The position numbers and the translations under genes are program-made. Positions 36,164 through 44,619 of a DNA stretch of 61,891 nt are shown here, piece after piece (within the stretch, counting starts at the first letter, position 1; every line of letters begins with the position of its first letter). Under the pieces are notes generated by a model that searched no databases, was not told the DNA's origin, and saw only the letters and a program-made list of their open reading frames with translations. The stretch is from Candidatus Kaiserbacteria bacterium (GTDB lineage: Bacteria; Patescibacteriota; Minisyncoccia; Phycocordibacterales; UBA918): the NCBI GenBank assembly GCA_031423775.1, contig JANPGF010000057.1, forward strand, positions 1 through 61,891, in the 5' to 3' direction.

Positions 36164-37317
36164 AACAAATTACGTTTAACGATTTCGCCAATAGCAGAGA
36201 GTGGTAGGTCAGGGCCATGTACTTCAGCGGGTATGTTGTGCGTAGCGAAAAATTCACGGAGGAAGTTGAGGGCGACATCTTGGTTCAAACCACCACGTCG
36301 GACGCAGACGGTGATGCCGGCTGTTTGGAGCTCTGGAATTACTTCACTGCATGCGTCCATGATACCTAGGAAGGTTTCTTTGATATCAGTAAAATTTGAT
36401 ACACCGCCAGCAATCAAAATAACTTTTTTTGAAGCGGAAGATGCTAACAGGACACCGAGAAGTGTTCTGACATACGCATAGGTTTCATCGCGCGTTGGGG
36501 CGCCACTATACTCACTGTAGTTGATAATCTCGGATTGAAGTCCAGCCGCAACCAGTGCATCAATAGTTACCAAACTGGCCCCGCCGCCTGAAAGGAGAGT
36601 GAGGACTGCACCATTTGGATTTAATACTTTGAGGTTGAGCGACGCCTGTGACCGTTCGTTCTGTTCAGCCACATCTTGTTCCGGTGGTGTGAGTGTCGAG
36701 GTTATAATGTGATCGGTACACCAGTCAGGTAGCAGGTTTGCTTTAGCCGAGTCACATTCAGCGGCCATGTCGAGCGCTATAAAAGTACCATTCTGTACGA
36801 TAAACGGATTAATTTCCAAAAATGAAATATGAAAACGAGCCATGGTTGCGAGTACTGTCATGAGGTCGACGCCAGGCATCGCCGCGAGAATGTCCGAACT
36901 AGGACTGACACTGTGGGGGACAAGATATGTTTCAACACTCGCTGCATGTTCTTCGATAGCGACGCCGCCTGATTTTGAATGGAGGATAGTTGCACCCGTA
37001 CGTCCAATATCAATACTGAGATACTGTTCTTCAGAATCAGTGTGCGGCTGCATAACTTCGACTATGCAGCGGTTATGTCCCAAGGCAAAAAATGCCTGCG
37101 CGGCAGGTGTGATTTCTGCTTTTGTTAAATTAACTTTGACCAGTCCGGCTAAACCGCGTTTCTTGATACCGGTATCAATTTTGAGAACAAAACGCGCAGT
37201 GTCAGGCAGTGACTCGAGGGCAACCGCAAGGGTGTCTGGGGTGAGGGTGGTGCCTGTATAAACGTCACCAAGCATCAGCTTTTTTGCTGCATATTCAGTT
37301 ATTCGGATTCGTGCCAT
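36160..37317 (-). CDS. aclB: ATP-citrate lyase small subunit (ATP-grasp / CoA-ligase beta-like)
   Basis: LEINPFIV, ASLNLKVLNPNGAVLTLLSGGGASLV, NYSEYSGAP, ILIAGGVSNFTDIKETFLGI and VCVRRGGLN align closely with the N-terminal half of ACLY and with Chlorobium AclB. There is a 4-nt overlap with aclA. Confidence 0.85.
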   Translation of the reverse strand: MARIRITEYAAKKLMLGDVYTGTTLTPDTLAVALESLPDTARFVLKIDTGIKKRGLAGLVKVNLTKAEITPAAQAFFALGHNRCIVEVMQPHTDSEEQYLSIDIGRTGATILHSKSGGVAIEEHAASVETYLVPHSVSPSSDILAAMPGVDLMTVLATMARFHISFLEINPFIVQNGTFIALDMAAECDSAKANLLPDWCTDHIITSTLTPPEQDVAEQNERSQASLNLKVLNPNGAVLTLLSGGGASLVTIDALVAAGLQSEIINYSEYSGAPTRDETYAYVRTLLGVLLASSASKKVILIAGGVSNFTDIKETFLGIMDACSEVIPELQTAGITVCVRRGGLNQDVALNFLREFFATHNIPAEVHGPDLPLSAIGEIVKRNLL

Positions 37318-37438
37318 AGATAAACGTTATTTAATCATACTAACGTGATTTGTGCACATATATTACACTAGTGTCGTGATTTGACCGGCAAGTGAGGTGT
37401 AGTACACTAAAATCTCATTAGATAGTAAAAAACATCCT

Positions 37439-38200
37439 ATGGCATACAAAGATAAACAGGTGTTGGCCATTATTCCAGCGCGTGGTGGATCAAAAGGGAT
37501 TCCCGGGAAAAATATCAAACTGCTCGCGGGGAAACCTTTGATTGCGTGGACGATTGATGTAGCGAAAGCTTCAGGTTTAGTTGATCGAGTGATCGTGTCG
37601 ACTGATGATAAGGAAATCGCTAAAGTAGCTCGGGCGCATGGAGCCGAAGTTCCGTTTATGAGGCCGGTCGAAATTTCGGGTGATCTCGCAACGGATGTAG
37701 AGTTTATTGAACACGCGCTCGATTTTATGGAAGCGACCGAAGGGTACGTGCCAGATATCGTGCTCCGTCTACCACCAACCTCTCCATTGCGTCAGGTCGA
37801 ACATATTGATGCGGGAATTATGACGCTCGTTGATACTGAGGGGGCAGATGCATCACGGCCGATTGCTGAGTCGCCAAAACATCCTTATAAGTTCTGGATG
37901 ATTGACGAAGATGATACCGAGTTCCTCCGCCCGTTTTTAGATACCGAATTTACTGGCTTTGCCGAACCACATAATATGCCGCGGCAACTCTTTCCGAAGG
38001 TGTATATGCATACGGGAGCACTTGATGCCGTATGGGTTAAAACGATTCGTGAACAAAAATCGACGTCCGGTAAAAAACTCGCACACTTTCCGATGGATAT
38101 TGAATCTGCTAGTAATATTGATCATCCGATCGATTTCGTCATTGCAGAAGTGCTCATGAGTGAACGATTAAAGAAACGAGGAGACGAAACAGTAGAGTAA
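37439..38200 (+). CDS. Acylneuraminate (CMP-nonulosonate) cytidylyltransferase family
   Basis: AIIPARGGSKGIPGKNIKLLAGKPLIAWTI and VSTDD are NeuA/CMP-NulO synthetase signatures. Confidence 0.85.
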   Translation: MAYKDKQVLAIIPARGGSKGIPGKNIKLLAGKPLIAWTIDVAKASGLVDRVIVSTDDKEIAKVARAHGAEVPFMRPVEISGDLATDVEFIEHALDFMEATEGYVPDIVLRLPPTSPLRQVEHIDAGIMTLVDTEGADASRPIAESPKHPYKFWMIDEDDTEFLRPFLDTEFTGFAEPHNMPRQLFPKVYMHTGALDAVWVKTIREQKSTSGKKLAHFPMDIESASNIDHPIDFVIAEVLMSERLKKRGDETVE

Positions 38201-38274
38201 CTTTTTACTCTTAAAAAAGGTTGTTATAGACATACCGCAAGGCAACAGAGATTATCAAACATAATATTTTCAGT

Positions 38275-39306
38275 ATGACAAAAGTTTTAATTTATGGAGC
38301 GGGTTCAATTGGTAATCATTTATCTCAGGCCGCCCGTCGAATGGGGTTTTCAGTGACGGTGTGTGATACAAGTGCTGATGCTCTTGAGCGAATGAAAACT
38401 AGTATTTACCCAACTCGCTATGGTAAATGGGATGAAGCGATAACGCTGATCCAAAGTGATAGTGAGGTAAAAGACGGCGAATTTGATATTATTGCTATCG
38501 GTACTCCGCCTGACAGTCACCGAGATTTGGCCCTCAAAGCTATCAAATTTAATCCACGAATTTTACATATTGAGAAACCGCTATTTCGTCCGACCGATGA
38601 TATCGAAGCGTTTGCCAAAACGATTGCCGAATATCCTGATACGATAGTAACTGTCGGGTACGATCATGCGATTGCGCCAAGTTTCCAAGTCTTCCTCGAC
38701 TATATTCGTAGTGGCGCCTACGGAACGTTAATTACGGCTGATGGTGCGACTCGAGAACACTGGGAGGGTATTTTCAAAGCGCATCCATGGCTCGCTGGGC
38801 CGCATGATTCGTACCTTGGGTACACTAGTCGTGGTGGAGGATCAGCGTGTGAACACTCACACGCCTTACACCTCACACTCACTACTCTCACGGCAGGTGG
38901 TTGGAGCGGAGTTACTGGCACTGCGAAGCTCGATATGGTGAAAGGTGATAAGGGCGAAGCGTATGATCGAGCCTCATATTTCACTCTCGAAAATACAACC
39001 GGTCAGGTAGCTCGTGTCGTGCAGGACGTGCTCACAAAGCCAACTGAGAAAATGGTCCGAGCGCAGCTTGAACACGCGATTGTGACTTGGCGCTGTGAAT
39101 CAGGTACTGATATTGTCGAAGTAAATTCATACAGCGGAGAACAGGTTGTTCGCAAGTTTACGAAAACTCGTCCCGATGATTTCTTTTACTTGATGAAACA
39201 TTATGCTGCGCTCTTGGATGGTAGTGTCAAGTATGGGCAATCACCAATCGCGGTTGCTACGGGACTGGCTACGATGAAGATTATTGCAACTGGTTTTAAA
39301 GCGTAA
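38275..39306 (+). CDS. Gfo/Idh/MocA-family NAD(P) oxidoreductase
   Basis: KVLIYGAGSIGNHL Rossmann start, and IAIGTPPDSHRDLALKAI...HIEKPL is the typical family motif. Confidence 0.7.
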   Translation: MTKVLIYGAGSIGNHLSQAARRMGFSVTVCDTSADALERMKTSIYPTRYGKWDEAITLIQSDSEVKDGEFDIIAIGTPPDSHRDLALKAIKFNPRILHIEKPLFRPTDDIEAFAKTIAEYPDTIVTVGYDHAIAPSFQVFLDYIRSGAYGTLITADGATREHWEGIFKAHPWLAGPHDSYLGYTSRGGGSACEHSHALHLTLTTLTAGGWSGVTGTAKLDMVKGDKGEAYDRASYFTLENTTGQVARVVQDVLTKPTEKMVRAQLEHAIVTWRCESGTDIVEVNSYSGEQVVRKFTKTRPDDFFYLMKHYAALLDGSVKYGQSPIAVATGLATMKIIATGFKA

Positions 39307-39320
39307 CAACGGTGAAAGAG

Positions 39321-39354
39321 AAAACCCCCAACTCAGATGAGTTGGGGGTTTTTG
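39321..39354. terminator. Bidirectional terminator
   Basis: AACCCCCAACTC / GAGTTGGGGGTT 12-bp stem with A-run and T-run flanks. It lies between convergent genes. Confidence 0.8.
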
Positions 39355-39355
39355 A

Positions 39356-40033
39356 CTATAGTAGTATCAATAATTCATCAAGACGTCGGATGAGTGGAAA
39401 TGATTGGTTACTCCAGTTATTCGAATCATTGGCAACTCCAACAAATCGGCAGCCAACTTCGGTTGCGGCGCGAATGTCGCCACTGCCATCACCGATAAAG
39501 ACCATTGAAGTGATGGGTACTGACTCACGCTCGGCAATGAGCTGCAGGTTTTGCACTTTAGATTCAGGCTGTCCGTAAACGCCGGTAAAGAACGATAGTA
39601 GATGGAGAGCTTGGAGCGATTCGATGATTGCGCCAGTTGGGGTGGCTGTGTTTACATACAAGGGATGGCCAGACCTACTGAGGGTGGTTAACGCGATTAA
39701 GGTTTCGGGGTAGACTCCTAATTCCAGAATCATACCCTGCACCATGTCATTGTAGGTCTGTGCCCAGGTATGTACTAACTCGTTAGAGTTGGTAGACGGA
39801 AGTCCTGTTTCCGTGAGAGCAAGCGCAATGATATCAAAACGTGAGCCCGTACCTTTGCCGGCACCAAATTCTCCCCGTGCGGCCGTAATAGCGGCTGCCC
39901 ATTCTGATCGCGTAGTATGTTCTGGGTGTGGGTGTCTTGTTATCATTCTGTCCCAAGCCTCATCTTTCATGTTTTCACCGCCAGGAAAGATGACTCCGTC
40001 GGCATCAAAAATTATAACTGTATTTTTCATCAT
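39356..40033 (-). CDS. HAD-superfamily phosphatase (subfamily IA-like)
   Basis: VIIFDADGVIF (DxDG motif I) and FIGDGSGDIRAA (motif IV). Confidence 0.75.
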   Translation of the reverse strand: MMKNTVIIFDADGVIFPGGENMKDEAWDRMITRHPHPEHTTRSEWAAAITAARGEFGAGKGTGSRFDIIALALTETGLPSTNSNELVHTWAQTYNDMVQGMILELGVYPETLIALTTLSRSGHPLYVNTATPTGAIIESLQALHLLSFFTGVYGQPESKVQNLQLIAERESVPITSMVFIGDGSGDIRAATEVGCRFVGVANDSNNWSNQSFPLIRRLDELLILL

Positions 40034-40107
40034 GCAACTCCAGTATAACTGACTGGGGGTAGTTAATCCTAGTGCTGGTCACTTGTCAAACAATTGAAAT
40101 CGTGTGA

Positions 40108-40136
40108 TTGATATAGTATATAATCTGTTGTATAAT
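40108..40136 (+). promoter_or_regulatory. Putative sigma70-type promoter
   Basis: TTGATA (40108-40113), 17-nt spacer, TATAAT (40131-40136). A second candidate is TTGAAA-17-TATATA at 40094-40122. Confidence 0.45.
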
Positions 40137-40203
40137 CGCGTCAGTGTTCGAATGCGAATAATCGTGTTCTTTGACTGAGTAAATCTCGTGAAAGGGGATT
40201 TTG

Positions 40204-41241
40204 ATGAAAGTACTGATGGTTGCTTATGATGCAGGGCCGTGTGCTGCGTTCAAGATGATGCTTGGCCGCTGGCCAGATTGGCACGGCTTTCTACTTCAGG
40301 CAGGCAAAGCAGCTCGTCCGACGGGCGAAGAACTGCAGCAGCAGATTCGCCTGGCCGACGTCGTCCTGGTTGGACTGTCATCGAAAAGGACAGCTGACTT
40401 CGAACTCGAAGCGTGTCGTCAAACCGTCGCAGCAGGGAAATCACTGGCATTCTTTTCGGACACCTTTGGTTCCTGGGCGCGGCCTTGGTTTGTCGTATTC
40501 CGCGACTATGTATCACTGGTTACGGTAGTGGTCGACAGTGAGGTGCCGGCGGCCCGGGCCATATATCCGAATGCTCAGGTGGTTGCAACCGGTAACCCAA
40601 CGTGGGAGCAATTTCATGAATCTGGTTATCGGGGGTCAGCCAGACTGGCAATGGGGGCAAAGGAAAAAGAATCGGTGTTCTTTATCTCCGGATGCAAGGA
40701 TTATTCGGTAAATTGCGAGATGCTGAGCGCTACTTTTGAGGCAGTCCGGGACGTGGAGTTGCCTCGCGTAGTATTTTCTAAGCATCCTGGTGACCAGACT
40801 TTGTCCGACAAATATGTGCAGCAGATGAATGTCTCGCCGCCTGAAGTGAACTTTACGTATCATTCGGAACATACGAGGCCGGGGGAAGCAATAATCTGCG
40901 GGGCTGATGTCGTTATTGTGTACAATGCTGCCTCTATTGCCATGCGGGCGGTTGCACTCCAACTTCCGCTGGTTGTGCTGCGAACACCGCTCGCTGCTGC
41001 TCGTTTCCTGGAAGAAAGTGAGAGTGAGGTCAATCCTATCCTACAGGCTCGAGCTGCAGTTGATGGTGGGATGAGTGCAAGCTCACTCGGCAATGCGTTC
41101 AGAGAGGTTATCGGTGGAGTGCCAGCTTTCTGGCTCGTGACCAGACAGAAGAAGTTCTTCCCGACCGTCTCTCGTGGTGCATATGTAAATGCGCTCAGAA
41201 ACGCTGTAAAAGAAATGGTTATTCCAGCTTCAGCAGTATAA
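40204..41241 (+). CDS. Hypothetical protein, possibly Rossmann/GT-B-like; visibly GC-richer than neighbours
   Basis: MKVLMVAYDAGP...ADVVLVGLSS...VVATGNPTWEQF pattern. No confident family. ATG follows AAAGGGGA. Confidence 0.4.
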   Translation: MKVLMVAYDAGPCAAFKMMLGRWPDWHGFLLQAGKAARPTGEELQQQIRLADVVLVGLSSKRTADFELEACRQTVAAGKSLAFFSDTFGSWARPWFVVFRDYVSLVTVVVDSEVPAARAIYPNAQVVATGNPTWEQFHESGYRGSARLAMGAKEKESVFFISGCKDYSVNCEMLSATFEAVRDVELPRVVFSKHPGDQTLSDKYVQQMNVSPPEVNFTYHSEHTRPGEAIICGADVVIVYNAASIAMRAVALQLPLVVLRTPLAAARFLEESESEVNPILQARAAVDGGMSASSLGNAFREVIGGVPAFWLVTRQKKFFPTVSRGAYVNALRNAVKEMVIPASAV

Positions 41242-41248
41242 AATATTT

Positions 41249-41284
41249 ACCCCAACCGATTTATTTTGGTTGGGTTTTCTTTTG
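41249..41284 (+). terminator. Rho-independent terminator
   Basis: CCCAACC / GGTTGGG stem followed by TTTTCTTTT. Confidence 0.6.
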
Positions 41285-41369
41285 CTGCATAGAGGTAGCG
41301 CAACTATTTGAATACGAAGGCGGTAGTAGAAGATATGATACAATGTCGTGTCTGTAATTTTCTCGTGCT

Positions 41370-42797
41370 ATGAATGAATTCACTTCTGTTAAACGTACTC
41401 CAGAACAAACTACAATTTTTATCGACGTGCCGTGTCCAGTGTCGTATCGCAATGCTATAACTGGTCCAAATAGTGTATATCGTCGACTGGTAGCAAAAGG
41501 GTATTCCGTCATTTTGTTGGTGCCTGATTTTGCGGCAGATGCAGTGAGGTCTGCTACAGGGGCTACAATTGAAGTTGTTAGTATTGATCGTCGAGTTACA
41601 CGACTAGAAAAATTCAGTGATTTTATTACGAAACATCTCAATTTAACCCGTATGCAAATACTTGGGAGTAAATATGGATTACGGCATAATCTTGATAAAA
41701 AAACCCGACATGGGTACATGCATATATTGCGGGTTATTATTTCTCAGACAGTTGGGAAATCCCGTCTCTTTCGGTTATCAGTTGCTCCGAAGTTGCATCT
41801 CTTTGCCTATAAACGCCGACCTGCCCAAGCAATCTTTGAAAAATATAAACCCACCCTCCTTTTTTCCCCGAACCCTGGGTCGGTGCAAGGAGAAGAAATT
41901 TTACGTGAATGTAAGAGACAAAAAGTACCTACAGTTGGGATGGTCGGTAGCTGGGATCACCCCCATAAGCGCTTCCATGCTCTTCATACTGACACTGTTT
42001 TTGTATGGTCAGACTCATTACTTGAAGAAATGGTGACCTTACAAAGTTACGATACGTCACAGGTGATTGTGGCTGGAGCGCCGCACTTTGATCTATTTAT
42101 GGACCCCGTTTTCATAGAGCCGCGTGAGAGTTACTTTAAAAAAATGGGACTCGATTCGAATAAAAAATTGATTACGTTATTTTCTGGTACTGGTCGTGCA
42201 CCGGACGAAGGCGATTTAGTAGATATGCTAACCATATGGAGTAAGGAAGGCAAGACTGCTGAACCAGTTGTGATGCATGTACGGGCGTACCCTGGAGATC
42301 CTGATGATCATCTTAAGTTTGACCAATTTGTGGGAAAGTCAGATGTGTTTGTGGACTGGGTCGACAAAGGGAAGGCATTTGGATCAATCCCGATAAACTA
42401 CTTTCCCGATGAAGCCTATATGAAAAATGTCGTGAGTCTCTATTATCATTCCGAAACCGTCATTAGTGTGTATTCGAGTGCCAGTGTGGAGGCAAGTATA
42501 TTCTTTAAACCATCAATTAATATTGCATTTGACGGCTACAAAGATCGCCCGTTTGAAGAGAGTGTAAAACGTTTTGTCTATCAGTCACACTTTGACAAAT
42601 TATTTGCTACTGGCGCAGTGCTGGATACGCATTCTCCTGACGAATTCCTAACAGCAATTAATCGAGTGTTGACCGAACCAGAATGTAATCGTGCTAATAT
42701 TATCAAGCTTCAAGAAACCGTCTGCGGACCCCTTGACGGTAAGACAACAGAGCGTATGGTTGCCCATATCGAAGCGCGTTTGCAGAAAATACCGTAA
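41370..42797 (+). CDS. GT-B-fold glycosyl/glycerophospho-transferase-like protein, family uncertain
   Basis: VGMVGSWDHPHKRF...DTVFVWSDSLLEEM...VIVAGAPHFDLF resembles the MGDG-synthase/TagF-like inter-domain pattern. 475 aa. Confidence 0.4.
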   Translation: MNEFTSVKRTPEQTTIFIDVPCPVSYRNAITGPNSVYRRLVAKGYSVILLVPDFAADAVRSATGATIEVVSIDRRVTRLEKFSDFITKHLNLTRMQILGSKYGLRHNLDKKTRHGYMHILRVIISQTVGKSRLFRLSVAPKLHLFAYKRRPAQAIFEKYKPTLLFSPNPGSVQGEEILRECKRQKVPTVGMVGSWDHPHKRFHALHTDTVFVWSDSLLEEMVTLQSYDTSQVIVAGAPHFDLFMDPVFIEPRESYFKKMGLDSNKKLITLFSGTGRAPDEGDLVDMLTIWSKEGKTAEPVVMHVRAYPGDPDDHLKFDQFVGKSDVFVDWVDKGKAFGSIPINYFPDEAYMKNVVSLYYHSETVISVYSSASVEASIFFKPSINIAFDGYKDRPFEESVKRFVYQSHFDKLFATGAVLDTHSPDEFLTAINRVLTEPECNRANIIKLQETVCGPLDGKTTERMVAHIEARLQKIP

Positions 42798-42858
42798 TTT
42801 GTATATTTAATACATTTCAGTAATCAGACAACAAATTATCCAACCAATTATCTATACT

Positions 42859-43545
42859 ATGAACACAGCTACTCGTTACTTTTTTATTCGTGCAATTCGT
42901 AAAGCCGCCAAGCTGATGGGTTATAAGATTGATTTCGCACCGCTCTCAATGGTGTACAGTCGAGAACAGCGACTACATTATCTCGAGCAGCTTTGTAAGC
43001 GTACATTGAAGTTACCTGGTGATATTGTTGAATGTGGCCTTGGACAAGGAGAATCCTTTGCTCGACTGACAGCGGTCGGATATACCGCTAATAAAAAAAT
43101 CTGGGGCTTTGACTCCTTCGAAGGATTCCCAGAATTAGCTCCTGAAGATGCTTCTTCATATGTAGTAAAAGCTGGTGATTGGGGGAATGTTGATTTGCAA
43201 ATGGTGACAAATAAAATACTAGCGCTCGTACCGGAGGCTTACTTCAAAGAGTCAGTCACTCTGGTTCCAGGTTTTTTTGATGCTAGTGTGCCAAAGACTC
43301 CACTTGGGCAAATCGCATTTTTGCACTTGGACGGTGACCTCTATCAATCATATATGGATTGTCTCACTCTCCTGTATGACAAGGTGGTATCAGGCGGAAT
43401 TATTGCATTTGATGAATGTTTAAATGGTTTTGACTACGCAAAATATCCCGGTGGATTTAAAGCTATCGAACGATTTTTTAGTGATAAAAAAATTGATTTG
43501 TGCCGAGATATGACGACGGGGAAGTACTACGTCGTAAAACCTTAA
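42859..43545 (+). CDS. TylF/MycF/NovP-family O-methyltransferase
   Basis: GDIVECGLGQGESF, WGFDSFEGFPE and FLHLDGDLYQSYMDCLTLLYDKVVSGGIIAFDE. Confidence 0.8.
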   Translation: MNTATRYFFIRAIRKAAKLMGYKIDFAPLSMVYSREQRLHYLEQLCKRTLKLPGDIVECGLGQGESFARLTAVGYTANKKIWGFDSFEGFPELAPEDASSYVVKAGDWGNVDLQMVTNKILALVPEAYFKESVTLVPGFFDASVPKTPLGQIAFLHLDGDLYQSYMDCLTLLYDKVVSGGIIAFDECLNGFDYAKYPGGFKAIERFFSDKKIDLCRDMTTGKYYVVKP

Positions 43546-43668
43546 GACCTACATAAACGGCACACCTCTGCGTTGTTCGGCGGTAAAGTACCCCTCACCG
43601 TACTATTCGTACGGCGCGTCCTATATTCCTTGGACGCCTTGAATTGCACTCGTTTCTGCAGGTCTTAA
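43542..43668 (+). other. Candidate structured intergenic element (CGTTGT...CGTAC-N5-GTACG family), copy B
   Basis: Perfect 9-bp outer stem TTAAGACCT (43542-43550, includes the TAA stop) / AGGTCTTAA (43660-43668). Hairpins are CCGTAC/GTACGG (43598-43614) and GCGTCC/GGACGC (43616-43637, loop contains TTCCTT). Confidence 0.45.
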
Positions 43669-43752
43669 TAAGCACACTAAGTATTTTCGTAACCTCCCGG
43701 TGTTTAAGAGTGTTATTACTGTATATCAGTTAACTAATCCGCTCCTTAGGTT

Positions 43753-44604
43753 ATGACAATTGGATTCATCGGGCAGGGGTTTATTGGGAAGCATATGGCG
43801 GATGATTTTGTCACTCGGGGGTTTGCGGTAGTTCGGTATGCACTCGAGCCAGCTTATAGTGCAAACCGCGACGCAATTGCAGAATGCGACATTGTGTTTA
43901 TAGCGGTACCGACACCTACGACACCACAGGGTTTTGATAGTTCAATTTTAGAAGGCGTCTTATCGCTCGTGGGTGTAGGAAAAATTGCGGTCATTAAATC
44001 AACTGTTGTACCTGGAACGACAACCTGTTTGCAAAAACAATTTCCTGATCGAATACTAGTGCATGCGCCAGAATTTTTGCGTGAGAAATTTGCTGCTGAA
44101 GATACCGCACGTCCCGCCCGGACAATTATTGGTCTGCCGAGTATGGATACTGCTCACACAATAGCTGCGGCAACCGTGCTCAAGGTAGTACCAAAGTCAT
44201 CGTATGAACTCGTGTGTCAGTCAGAAACGGCTGAATTGATAAAGTACGGTGGCAATTGTTTCTTGGCACAAAAAGTGGTGTTTATGAATCTTTTATGCGA
44301 TGCAGCAGCCGCATGTGGTGCAGACTATTCTGCCATTTCAGCTGCAATGGCGGCTGATGCGCGCATTGGATCAAGTCATATGAAAGTGATTGATGAGAGT
44401 GGACATCCCGGCAGTGTGCCTGGTCGTGGCGCCGGCGGCCACTGTTTTCCGAAAGACCTGGCAGCCTTTGCTGCCTGGTATGAGGGGATAGTGTCGAGCG
44501 ATGATAAGGGGATTGCCGTATGGCGGGCCATTGAAGCAAAAAATACAACACTTCTGCAAACTAGTAAAAAGGATCTTGAGTTATTACAGGGCATTTATGG
44601 TTAG
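43753..44604 (+). CDS. Nucleotide-sugar (UDP-glucose/GDP-mannose-type) dehydrogenase, short 283-aa form
   Basis: IGFIGQGFIGKHMA Rossmann, IVFIAVPTP, and catalytic-Cys motif GGHCFPKDL. The usual C-terminal UDP-binding domain is missing. Confidence 0.65.
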   Translation: MTIGFIGQGFIGKHMADDFVTRGFAVVRYALEPAYSANRDAIAECDIVFIAVPTPTTPQGFDSSILEGVLSLVGVGKIAVIKSTVVPGTTTCLQKQFPDRILVHAPEFLREKFAAEDTARPARTIIGLPSMDTAHTIAAATVLKVVPKSSYELVCQSETAELIKYGGNCFLAQKVVFMNLLCDAAAACGADYSAISAAMAADARIGSSHMKVIDESGHPGSVPGRGAGGHCFPKDLAAFAAWYEGIVSSDDKGIAVWRAIEAKNTTLLQTSKKDLELLQGIYG

Positions 44605-44619
44605 TACATAACGATTGCT

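Noticed and set aside
39312-39578. 88-aa + strand ORF after the oxidoreductase gene.
   Set aside because: It starts inside the bidirectional terminator and lies antisense to the well-supported HAD phosphatase gene.
40141-40160. tRNA-like T-loop motif GTTCGAAT here and at 3293-3302.
   Set aside because: The flanking bases do not form a T-arm or any cloverleaf. The 3293 site lies inside a CDS. I recognised no tRNA or rRNA in the window.
41261-41719. 152-aa minus-strand ORF.
   Set aside because: It spans a terminator and the 5' end of the 475-aa + strand gene. It has no motifs, and the + strand gene continues for 1.4 kb.
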